DNA of 64,000 nucleotides from Octopus vulgaris (Eukaryota). The translations under genes were made by a program, and so were the position numbers. Of the stretch, positions 52,501 to 64,000 are shown one piece after another. Location: contig OX597821.1 of NCBI GenBank assembly GCA_951406725.2, forward strand, positions 82,150,001 to 82,214,000, given 5' to 3'. Each line of letters opens with the position of its first letter. Position 1 is the first letter of the stretch. The notes below the pieces were generated by a model. That model searched no databases. It was not told the origin of the DNA and saw only the letters and a list, made by a program, of their open reading frames with translations.

Positions 52501-52832
52501 AGTAAATTGAAAAGTGATGCAAATACTTATAAAATCATCTACTGAAATATGTCAGATTTATTTTTCATTCTGGTTACTTTCGAAATATGTTTATCATATA
52601 ATATTTCTGTTGTTATTTATATTGTTTTTATTAATTTTTTTTTTTTTTTACATCTGGTTATACTTCTATTTCCATGGGTTTGATAGCTGTGCAAATTTCA
52701 AAACAGTTTTAATTACTTTGGATCAGGTAATTTTTATAGCTTCAAGCTCACTTCCTCATATCAATACCTTCAATATGAAACAGTGTTTATTCAAGAATCT
52801 AGAACTAACCAATGTTAAGGCGTGTACTGTCT

Positions 52833-53058
52833 TTAACCTTTTTGTTATCATATATCTGTTGAAACGCACCTCATTATTTCATTTAATTTTGGAAATAAAG
52901 AATATAGTAAAATATTCATGCCATTATAAAGCTGGTGTTTGGAACATAAATTAACATGAAATTTTAATGAGAGATTTTAATTTAGACCATATTGGAGCAG
53001 GAAGTTTATATCACAGAACCAAGGGTGGCCTCAGGCAGATTGGAATCAAAGAGGCTGA
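52833..53058. mobile_element. piggyBac-like MITE, decayed
   Basis: TTAACCTTTTTGTTATC start and GGAATCAAAGAGGCTGAA degenerate inverted end. Confidence 0.4.
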
Positions 53059-54022
53059 AGCATGATTCCTATTAACAAAATTGGTTTGAGTTTGCTCTGG
53101 TTTCATTGCTGGAGCAGAGACATCTTAACTGCATTATAGGTTTCCCCAGGCAAAGTAAAGTATTGGAGGTCCTACACACATGACTATAACAAGCCCCTAG
53201 ATATATGAGGTCCCTTGGTAACTGTTCAATATGCCATGACTTAAGATGATATTTAACAAGATTTGAAGTCATGAACTTTGATGTCTGCTCTTCAACACCT
53301 TCATCTACTTAGTGCTGAATCATGGAATTACAAACAATTCTGCAATACAACACTGAAAGCATGGACCAATTACAGAGTATTTCTTTACTAATGGTTAAAA
53401 AATACTGAAAAGAAATAAATGAATAACAAAATTCTACCCTCCTACTCACTTCACGCAAATAAAAGGGAAAATATAAAAGGAAAATAGAAAATGATAAAAT
53501 TGAGAATTTAAGGTTAAATTATGTTTTAAAATGGTTTTTAATGCCTGAAAATAAATTTATTTTGAATGTTGCTGTGCTGGAAAACATTTTCGCTCAACAT
53601 GCTTACATCTCTCAGCTGACTCGTTTAACTGTATTTTCTTTTTTAATTTGATCGCAAAAACAAAAATAATAAATTTTAAATATATGTAAATTTAAAAAAA
53701 AAGTAAACTATCTCTATAAATAATCAAATGAGAAAAAAGAAAATAATAAAATGAAAATTGGAAGAAAAGAAAAGGAAAAAAATGTATCAATATCATGAAA
53801 ATAAACATTCAACATAAAAATTGCGAAGAGAAAAAAAATATAAAATAATTAAGGAAATTCCCAGAAAGTATTTTCAAAATAAAATACACACAGACACAGA
53901 CAGACATACACACACATACACATGTACAAACACAGATACACAAACTCACATACGCACGCAAATATGCTAACAAATGAAAAAGAAAAACAGAAAGAACTGA
54001 TGTGTGTCGATTTTAATTCTCA

Positions 54023-54053
54023 TAGTTACTATGGCAACTAGTCATGTGATTGG
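54023..54053. promoter_or_regulatory. Cluster of RFX X-box, M-box/E-box and CCAAT motifs
   Basis: GTTACTATGGCAAC (54025-54038) followed by TCATGTGA, which overlaps GATTGG. Confidence 0.4.
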
Positions 54054-54239
54054 AATGCAACAGAACTTGCTTCGGTGACAAATAGAACATTCAGTGAAAT
54101 TGATGGCAGATTAGGAAATTGGTAAAGTCTCAAAACTGATCTCCTATCATCATGTTTTTGATTTGCCTTAGATTTAATATACACATACAAACATATTCAA
54201 GTGTTTACACAGATATATATGTGTGTGTATATGTATGTA

Positions 54240-54420
54240 TCTATTATATCTAATATATAAATTTCGTTCTGTCTGTCTGTTTGTTTGTGTGCTTATAACT
54301 CAAGTATTGTTCATCCGATCATGCTGAAATTTTAAACATGGATTCAGGAGAGAGTGGGGCATTCCGTAATTTAAAAAGATTTTCAAAATTGTCAGTTTCA
54401 AAGTGGGAATCGCTATTTTT
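54240..54420 (+). mobile_element. Helitron/DINE-like 5' end
   Basis: ATCTAATATATAAA..(CTGT)n(TTTG)n..AACTC..CCGATCATGCTGAAATTT; no clear 3' CTAG end found. Confidence 0.5.
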
Positions 54421-54524
54421 GTAATCTTTTTGTCCTGTTTCTTCCACCATTAAAAGCAATGAGTTGCTCAGTCAGCTGGCATGTATCATTTTGCTGGCAA
54501 CAAGGGGAGCACAGGATGACAGTC

Positions 54525-54965
54525 AGCCTCCAGGAAGACCTCCTCCTCGGATTTTTCCATGAAACACTTCCCCCTTTCATCCTCTTCAGCTCCCTCTCCT
54601 TGGACTTTTCCAGGAAGTCCCCCTTATCAAACTTTTCCAGGAAGTACTCCCTCCCCTTCTTCCCCTTTCTGCTCCTCCTCCTTGGACTTTTCCAGGAAGT
54701 TCCCCTCCTTGAACCTTTCCAGGAAGTACTCACTCCCCATTCAGCTCCCCCTCCTTGGACTTTTTCAGGAAGTCCCCCTCCTCAGACTTTTCTGAGAAGC
54801 TCCCACCTCGGACTTTTCCAGGATGTACTCCCTACCCTTCTTCCCTTTCCTCTCCTTCAGATACCCCTCCTTGGATTTTTCCAGGAAGTCCCCCTCATCG
54901 GAACTATCCAGAAAGTACCCCCTCCATATCAGGTCCCCTCCTTGGAATTTTCCAAGAAGTCGAGG
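54525..54965 (+). repeat. Minisatellite of about 12 degenerate units, CTTGGACTTTTCCAGGAAGTCCCC
   Basis: Seen directly; explains the overlapping repetitive ORFs at 54413-55249. Confidence 0.9.
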
Positions 54966-55029
54966 AAGGGAGGAAGGGGAGGGACCTGGAAGGGGAGGAT
55001 GGGGCAAAGGAGAAGGAGGATTTCATCCT

Positions 55030-55335
55030 AAAATGCCTGATTAAATGTAGAGTTTATGGTGAGGGGCAGATTAGCCTAAGTGCTGAATTAACTGAGGGTG
55101 TAGGTGGGCAGTCTAGCCTTGGTGCTGGATTAAACGTAGGCCATGGAGGATGGCAGTGTAGCCTAAGTGCCAGATTAAACGTAGGGCATGGTGGGGATCA
55201 GCCTAGACTAAGTGCCGGACTAAATGTAGGCCATGTTAAGTTGGGCTGAAGTCTAGCCTAAGTGCTGGATTAAACATAGGCCATGGCTAGAGGGGTAGTC
55301 TTGCCTCAGTGCCAGATGAAACATACATCGTGGGG
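55030..55335 (+). repeat. Minisatellite of 6-7 units of about 45 bp, GTCTAGCCTAAGTGCTGGATTAAACGTAGGCCATGG
   Basis: Seen directly. Confidence 0.9.
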
Positions 55336-55368
55336 AGGATGTTCTCTTTATGTATATATATATTTATG

Positions 55369-55417
<49 letters not shown>

Positions 55418-55421
<4 letters not shown>

Positions 55422-55851
55422 AAATATTAGGGAATAAATCCAAACTTACAGGGAAAAATCAGATTTAGGATTGAATCCAATTTTATAGTAAAACATTATA
55501 TTATATTAAATTAGAGATAAAACCACTATTAGGCAAATCATACAATGAAAAACTTAAGCCAATACATAAGATTAATTAATTTATATTATTTTAAATATAT
55601 ATCAAAATTAAAATTTTTGTTTATTGATTAAACCTTGCTAAGTTAAATATTTAAATCACCTGAAGAATGACTGTAACTCGAAATTTTAAGAATTGGACAG
55701 CCATGAAATGATCGTAGTGTTATACTAATTATCTTTTTTTAATAATTTTGATATATATTTAAAATAATATAAATTAATTAATCTTATGTATTGGCTTAAG
55801 TTTTTCATTGTATGATTTGCCTAATAGTGGTTTTATCTCTAATTTAATATA
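55418..55851. mobile_element. Penelope-like pseudo-LTR foldback with 109-bp inverted arms
   Basis: 55502-55610 is the reverse complement of 55743-55851; the loop contains a hammerhead core; (TA)n lies immediately to the left and about 45 bp to the right. Confidence 0.75.
55655..55720 (+). ncRNA. Type I minimal hammerhead ribozyme motif
   Basis: cac CTGAAGA atgactgt..acagccat GAAA tgatcg TA gtg: stem I cac/gtg, stem II 7 of 8 pairs, palindromic stem III. Confidence 0.65.
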
Positions 55852-55926
55852 GCAGCCAAAAATTTGGCTATTTCTTCAATGCATACTTATTGACAATATA
55901 TATATGTATATATATATATATATATA

Positions 55927-56153
55927 CATCATCATCATCGTTTAACGTCTGTTCTTCATGCTAGCATGAGTTGGACAGTTCGACCGGGGAGGAAAGGCAT
56001 GCATAAGTGGGCTGGCTGGGATGGACTCACTTGTCCTGCCGGGTCTTCTCACGCACAGCATATTTCCAAAGGTCTCGGTCGCTAGTCATTGCCTCGGTGA
56101 GGCCTAAAGTTCGAAGGTCGTGCTTCACCACCTTGTCCCAGGTTTTCCTGGGT
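55927..56153 (-). mobile_element. RTE LINE 3' end
   Basis: PRKTWDKVVKHDLRTLGLTEAMTSDRDLWKYAVREKTRQDK* followed by a tail shared with the RTE-tailed SINEs. Confidence 0.85.
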
Positions 56154-56309
56154 ATATAAATGTTCTTATATGTATTTATATATATATACATACATACTTA
56201 CATATATATATATATATATAGTGTATAAAATAAAATATATGCATACATACATACATATATGTACGTACCTACATCTACATGTATATATACATGCATATAT
56301 AAATATATA

Positions 56310-56900
56310 TACATGAGTACAGGACACCACAAATAGACGTAGAACTCAACGAGAAACGAAAACGGAAAAACAAGCATGGAACAAACCATTTTTTTACAAC
56401 AGAAAAACAGAGTACAAGACAAACTACACAAGGAAAAATCCCCTTCATCAGCTGTCCCTAGTTCAACTCCAGTGTGTTTCAAAGGTAGGAAAGAACACGA
56501 CTCGTCAAACTAGCCCTTCCTGCGAGAGAATTAAATAAAATTACTTCGCAGGGGAATGTGAAGGCCAGTTGACATTGCTGTAGAGGGAGATTATTCTGTC
56601 TCCAAAGCGCTTCTGTAGTAACTGTATTGTTTCTGTTGTTGTATGAACAGTTGTCCCATCTTGCTGGAACCATGTGAGGTCTACTTTGAATGACCTTCAT
56701 GTTCCCCAGACTTGACTAGCCAGATATTTTCTTCCGGGGATACCTAACCGAGGGGGTTTACGTCAAAAAAACGTAGATACTGGTGCAACTAAAGAACATC
56801 AATGGAGAAATCAGAGAAGTGGGCTCTGAAACTCTTGGGGGGTGTTACGATGCAAGTGTGCGAAAAAGTATGGGAGTGCAAAGCAGAAAATGGGTGCCAT
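56310..56900. mobile_element. Unclassified CpG-retaining interspersed element in (TA)n
   Basis: Complex block between TA/TG microsatellites; no recognisable protein. Confidence 0.4.
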
Positions 56901-56957
56901 TGAAGCCTTGTATGTATGTATGTGTAGATATATATATATATATATATATAGCTATAC

Positions 56958-57015
<58 letters not shown>

Positions 57016-57322
57016 TTATAGATGTATATAGGGGGAGACACACACATACACAAACACACATGCACATATAAACATCTACATTGTTATCATCGTTTCAGTG
57101 TCCACCTTTTCAAGCTTGCATGGGTTGGACAGAATTCACTGAGGCAGATTTTCCACTCTCAGATGCCTTTCTTGTTACCAACCATTAGCTGTTTCCAAGT
57201 AAGGTAATATTTTCCCATTACCTGATATGTTTTCATGAAAGACTGACAACAAAGCTCAATGCTCGCATGACAATGGCTCTCATTTTACAATCATGTGAAG
57301 TCAAGGCAAGAGAGCAGTAGCA

Positions 57323-57397
<75 letters not shown>

Positions 57398-57401
<4 letters not shown>

Positions 57402-57616
57402 TTTTACTTGCTTCAGTCGGTTGACTGTGACTATGCTGGAGCACCACCTTGAAGGGTTTTAGTTAAGCAAATCGACTCCAGGACTTTTTTAAGCCTAGTA
57501 CTTATTCTATCTCTCTCTTTTGCTGAACCACTAAGTTATGGAGACATGAATGCACCAACACTGGTTGCAAAGTGATGATGGAGGGTGGCAAACAGACACA
57601 AAGACAACACACAAAT

Positions 57617-57649
<33 letters not shown>

Positions 57650-57760
57650 ATATATATATCTATATGTATGTATATACATACATACGATAGGTTTCTTTCA
57701 GTTTCTGTCTATCATATCCACTCACAAGGCTTTGTTTAGCCCAGGACTGCAGTAGAAATA
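57398..57760 (-). mobile_element. SINE family A
   Basis: Family motifs. Confidence 0.8.
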
Positions 57761-58683
57761 TATATACATATCTAAAGACAGAACAGTATGGTATTTACGT
57801 CAAGATAGGCATAGAACATTTTGAAAACCATCAAAGAATTAAAAGAAGATAAACAGCTACAATGAAAGACCCAGAAAACTTCAATCAAGGCTTCCACAGA
57901 CCATCAGATGTAACCTCTTTGGGCAACTGATCCATGTAAAAATCAACTTTGCCAGCCATTAGAGTTACAGAAATAAATGAGGCAGCACAAATGAATGACG
58001 AAGTACTCAGACGTATGGAGAAGATAATAATGATGATGATGATGATGACAATGATGATGATGACAATGATGACAATGATGATGATGATGATTTATGAGTG
58101 TGTTTGAGTGTATTTCATTATTTCACTTAGCCTGAGTGAGCTGTGATGAATTTTAAGAACTCAGTATACAGGTGGTATGAACATGAGTGCATTTTGCACC
58201 AAAAGCCAATATGAGAGTTTCTCTCATGGTATCTACCGCAGTATAGCTTGTTCTAAAAGAACACCCATGTTTAAGTGGGGATAAATATTACCTCTCAGTA
58301 TATTTACTTAGTAAGGTCTGGTAATGAAGAGGTGCGAATTATCTGACATTCTGACTCTGAACCCTTCTACGGACCAGAATGTTAGTAGGGAGCTGAATAT
58401 AAATGAATAAATGACCAAAGGACAAAAGAATTGGACTTATAAAATCACCTACATTAGTTTTCAGCTGTTCTGGATATTAGGGACCATGCACTCAGAGTTG
58501 AGAGCCATTAAATAGCTCTGAGGAAGCCATAAGATGTCACACTGACACTCAAGACTGGATGTGTAGTTCATTATTGCAAAAACAGCTGTAAGCTAATGAA
58601 CATGGCTACGTAACTTTTGTTCTTACTTATTTGTAATATATGTCAATATTTATATATATATATGTGGGTGTGTGTACATATAT

Positions 58684-58724
<41 letters not shown>

Positions 58725-58808
58725 TATACACACATACATGTATGTTTGTATATATATAAATATATATATATATATAAATATATACACACATACATGTATG
58801 TTTGTATA

Positions 58809-59314
<506 letters not shown>

Positions 59315-59572
59315 TATATGTATGTATGTAATGTTTTGTTTTGTTTTGTTTTGGTATAGCAACACCAATAACCTGGTATTATAACTCAGTAACTCAATAT
59401 TCTCATGCTTTCAGAATAAAGCATTATTTGAGTACAGAGTATAATATGAAATTAAATAAATGACAGAAGAACAGGAAATTATGCATTTGAAGTTTGTTAC
59501 TTAATTTCCTGTTCCATTGCCATTTCTTCCATTTCATACATATAAGTGTGTGTTCTTATGTAAATTTGTAAG

Positions 59573-59610
<38 letters not shown>

Positions 59611-59669
59611 ATGCATTATGTGTGCACACACACACATGACCATCTATTGCCATCACTTGGAAACGAGAA

Positions 59670-59884
59670 CTTACTTTACTTTTACTTTTACTTGTTTCAG
59701 TCATTTGACTGTGGCCATGCTGGAGCACCGCCTTTAGTTGAGCAAATCGACCCCGGGACTTATTCTTTGTAAGCCCAGTACTTATTCTATCGGTCTCTTT
59801 TTGCCGAACCGCTAAGTGACGGGGACGTAAACACACCAGCATCGGTTGTCAAGCAATGCTAGGGGGACAAACACAGACACACAA

Positions 59885-59924
<40 letters not shown>

Positions 59925-60125
59925 ACATACATAAATACATACGACAGGCTTCTTTCAGTTTCCGTCTACGAAATCCACTCACAAGGCTTTGGTCGGCCCG
60001 AGGCTATAGTAGAAGACATTTGCCCAAGATGCTAAGCAGTGGGACTGAACCCGGAACCATGTAGTTCATAAGCAAGCTACTTACCACACAGCCACTCCTG
60101 CGCCTATACACAGCCACTCCTGCAC
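59670..60125 (-). mobile_element. SINE family A, young, with a short head duplication
   Basis: Near-consensus copy; ACACAGCCACTCCTGC occurs twice at the head. Confidence 0.9.
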
Positions 60126-60777
60126 CTAACTAAGTAGCATGCACCATGATTTCACTTATAGTTTTTGGTACCTGATCAGAGACACAGATTTCCTTTCAGG
60201 TGTGTCATCAGTGAAACATTGAGGATGTAACAATTGGTGGAGGAGAAAGAAGCCTCAGCATTTAGCTGGTTCTCATTTTCAGTTAAGCTAACTAAAGCAA
60301 TATGTAAAATGCCTTACCCAGAGACACACACATACATATGGATATATAGTTACAGAGATATATAACTGCTCATATATGTCATCGTCATCGTCATCATCAT
60401 CGTTGTTGCTGTTGTTATTGTTGTTGCTATATTACTTCTCAGAGCTCTTGGTCTTGCTCTGGTTGATTCTGTGAGAGCAGACAACAACCTGTTGTCAGAA
60501 ATCTCACAGGGTCGCTTTCCACAAATTATAAGCTTTGGTATTTATGCGTTAATTTAAATGAAAAATACTCAACACCCAAGCACCTATCTCAAAATCCTAC
60601 CTGTCCCCAATTAGTGGTATTTCACCCATCTTTATGTTCTGAGTGGAAATTCAGCAGAGGTCAACTTTGCTGTTCATCCTTTCAGGGTTGATAAATTAAG
60701 TACCAGTCAAGTACTGGGGTTGGTGTGATTGACTGAACCCCTCCTCACTAATTTCAAGCCTTGTGTGTATTGTAGAA

Positions 60778-60982
60778 ATCATCATCATCATCATCATTAT
60801 CATTATTATTATCATCATTATCATCATTATAATCATTATCATTATTATTATTATTATTATCATCATCATCATCATCGTTATTATTATTATCATTATTATT
60901 ATCATTATCATTATCATTATTATCATCATTATCATTATCATTATCATTATCATTATTGTCATTATTATTATTATTATTATTG

Positions 60983-61033
<51 letters not shown>
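60778..61033. repeat. (ATT/ATC)n microsatellite
   Basis: Seen directly. Confidence 0.95.
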
Positions 61034-61034
<1 letters not shown>

Positions 61035-61480
61035 GTCCATGCTTGCGTTGGTAGAATGGCTCCTTCTCAACGAAAAATGTCTCGCCAATTTTTGCATTCC
61101 TTTGTTGTCTCCTTTGTGAGGTTCGACAACCTGTCACCATTTCTGCCCATGTCTTCCTTGGTTTCAATTCTACCATGTTTCCTTTCCTGTTAGATCTTCA
61201 GGCACTTCTTTACTCATTTGTCATCATCCGTAGACATTACATCTCTGTACCAATTGTCTGATTCCTCTTTTATTCGATTGACTCTCACTTCATCTGCACC
61301 ATGTCACTCACTGTGGACCCAGCAGAGCATTCTTGCTTCACTTCACTCCAGCCTTCAAACATATTCTACATTCATTCACTGCCCTCTTCTCATTACCATG
61401 CAGCATACATCCACGTCATACAATCTGCCGTCACATGAAGAGAGATGCCTCTTATTGCCAACAGAAGTAATAACTCCTTG
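61034..61480 (-). mobile_element. RTE LINE 3' fragment
   Basis: Minus strand ELLLLLAIRGISLHVTADCMT..KKCLKI..PRKTWAEMV; ends at (TAA)n. Confidence 0.7.
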
Positions 61481-61522
61481 AACTCTTACCACCCTGTTCT
61501 TATTCTGGCAACTATGTTGTAT

Positions 61523-61559
<37 letters not shown>

Positions 61560-61564
61560 GATTT

Positions 61565-62930
61565 AGGGACATTTGTCAAAACCACATTAATCAAAAACAT
61601 TGGTTGAAAGATCAATGTAGAAAAACATATTTGTAGAGAAACAAATTGGTCAAAAGAACAAATTGATTGTAAATATATTAGTCAAAGTAAAAGCATAACA
61701 TTCATCAAAATTTTAATATTTTCAAAGAAATAAAGTCAAAGAAATATAAACTAATAATACAATGATTTATTGATATTTGAATCGATTGTCATGTTCCGTG
61801 GTCTCAAAATAAGACAAAGTTCAAAATAAACAAGAAATGCTTGCAAGTGAAAATATATACAGAATGTTGGCAAAAATATGTTTAAGTAAAGCATAAGTCT
61901 GCAATAAGTAAACATTCGAAGAAATGGTGAGAATAACTCTCTGACTGATAAGGATTTGCTCGGTTGAAGAAACAAGTATGAAAACGAAATAGTGTTATGT
62001 TATCTCTGTTTATTGCTAACAGAAAGTCCAAAACGATAGCTGCATTCTTTAGCAGAAAGCACCAAAACCAAATTGTACCTGAAGTGGTTCACAACTAATC
62101 AGCCAAAGAATAAATGTGATGTGCAGAAGTATAAAAGCTAGCATGTGCCAAGTCTCTTAGAGTTTGGAATTTGATAAAGTAATGGAGGTCTGTTTCATGG
62201 CTTAAAAGCAGTCATATGACATACAAAACCAATCAGGTTTGAAGGCACTAATTGTGATAATAATGGAAGACTGTTACAAAAGGTGGTCAAAATAATGCAC
62301 TGGGGAGTATTTAAACATGCACCGTTTCCCTCACTGTATTCATTTGCTAGTGATTGTGATGGAGGCTCACAACATTGAATATTATATGATGAAAGAAGAG
62401 AAAAGAAAAGAAAACAGTGGTTCCAGAAACCACTAGCAATGTTAAGTTGCCTAAGGCCACTTATTACACAAAATGAAAGATGTTACAAGAGAGATTTCTC
62501 ATGAAGATCTTGTTTCTGCAATTTAAAGTTTCATCTTACTGATAAAAGAGAATAAACAAAAGAAACGTGAGCAAAGAATTATCCCAAGCTCCAGGTATCA
62601 TTCTCCTTATCATTGCAGAAGTTCTCTGAATACTTTAACTTACCTTCCATAAGCTCGTATACTGAAGTGAACATTATTCATCAAGAAAGAACTCAACGTC
62701 TGGTACCCCTTTCAAAGACCATTGAAAATCATTTAGCGATTCAGGGATTTACAAGAACATAAGATCAAGGATTATCCCTGATCTGTGATAGTATTGCTGA
62801 TGATCCAAATTAAATCCTGATTTTTACATCTCCCATATCTCTTGCATACTTTTGGCAAAGCCTCCACTTGTTTACCAATTTGATTTCACTGTGATGGAAT
62901 AACTTTTGATGAATTTACAAGGAATCATCC
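61565..62930 (+). mobile_element. Possible Mutator/MULE fossil
   Basis: Left end has repeated (T)GGTCAAAA-like units; remnants DDPN*ILIFT and FHCDG resemble the region before the first MULE catalytic Asp. Confidence 0.4.
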
Positions 62931-63334
62931 TGAAATATCTAATTAAGTCTGCTTGAACCACTTTCTGCTGCTTACTAAAAGGGAACTACCATACTAACAT
63001 TCCGTTTCTATAGATCTCTCGTTATGATAGTACTGTGTTCTTTCTTTCCACATACATACATACATACATACATACATACATACATACATACATACATACA
63101 TACATACATGCATACATATATACGTATGTACGTACATACGTACATACATACATACATACATAAAGCTGAAGATAAGTGTAAAAGAGAATACCTATGCTGT
63201 TGTAATATTATTGAGATCAATTGTTTTCTGTTCTTCCAAATATTTTACTAAGAATTTTTGTTTTGGCCAAGTTTAACGTTATGCAAGGTTACATTATAAG
63301 ATTACACTATGCACACATGTATGTATATGTGATA

Positions 63335-63625
63335 GTGTAAACTTGGCTGTAATTTCCAGAACCACCATTGACACTGGCTTACACTTATTGCCCAATCCTC
63401 ATATATTGCATTAATATTCCTTGCACGTTCTGTTGCGTTGTTACCTTTATTGAACTCATAGAGCAAAATGTGCCAAATATGCTCCTTTATCACTTCCATT
63501 ATAGCCTTGAAAAAACAACTGTTAAAACTGAACTGCACTCTTCAAACCTTGCACTAAGAATAAGGTACTAGGTAAAATTATTACCTGCATTTATAGCAAG
63601 TTGATGCAGGTAGTTTGGACTCGTG
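63335..63625 (-). mobile_element. Mariner transposase 5' fragment (N-terminal HTH)
   Basis: MEVIKEHIWHILLYEFNKGNNATERARNINAIYEDWAISVSQCQWWF; ATG at 63499. Confidence 0.8.
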
Positions 63626-63759
63626 TGGACTGGTTTCTGGACTGGCATAATACTCTAACATTCCTCAGCACGTGTTACTATGATAGAGAGCCCCAACCCA
63701 TCGTGTTGAAGTCTGCATTGCTACTGATTCATTTTGGGGCAAAACCAATCAGTCTTCAC

Positions 63760-64000
63760 TGGCACCTGTGCCGGTGGCACGTGTAAAAAGATTTGAGCGA
63801 GGTCATTGCCAGCACCGCCTGACTGGCCCCCGTGCTGGTGGCACATAAAAAGCATCCACTACACTCTCGGAGTGGTTGGTGTTAGGAAGGGCATCAAGCT
63901 GTAGAAACTCTGCCAGATCAAGATTGGAGCCTGGTGCAGCCATCTGGTTCGTTGGTCCTCAGTCAAATCGTCCAACCCATGCTAGCATGGAAAGCGGACG
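63760..64000 (+). mobile_element. RTE-tailed SINE running off the window end
   Basis: Family motifs. Confidence 0.85.

Noticed and set aside
54413-55249. Overlapping 70-190 aa ORFs
   Set aside because: Produced by GC-rich tandem repeats that lack stops; no domain recognised
56430-56490. CTGATGA and GAAAC on the minus strand as a hammerhead
   Set aside because: GAAAC precedes CTGATGA and I could not form convincing stems I and III
60696-61193. Poly-I, poly-N/D and poly-H/Y ORFs
   Set aside because: Trinucleotide microsatellite is open in several frames

Overview
AT-rich, microsatellite-dense eukaryotic DNA. The SINE families and overall repeat landscape look like an octopus (coleoid cephalopod) genome, which is an inference from recognising the repeats. 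Most ORFs in the track are microsatellite artefacts. No complete gene is present; the one good host-gene candidate is a 59-codon ATG-to-splice-donor exon on the minus strand (20372-20548). The rest is intronic or intergenic and packed with mobile DNA: several tRNA-headed and RTE-tailed SINE families, an R4/Dong-type LINE fragment in (TAA)n, many RTE and CR1/L2 fragments, a decayed and internally deleted Ty3/Gypsy element, non-autonomous Helitrons, and hAT, mariner/pogo, MULE and piggyBac-like remnants. The most unusual structure is a recurring set of foldback (inverted-repeat) elements in or beside (TA)n tracts, two of which carry hammerhead-ribozyme-like cores of the Penelope pseudo-LTR type. 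Other candidates are an HDV-like ribozyme at the 5' end of an RTE-derived element, a minisatellite of overlapping NF-kB/STAT/ETS-like sites, two promoter-like motif clusters in unique DNA, and a local templated duplication. All element boundaries were read by eye and are approximate.
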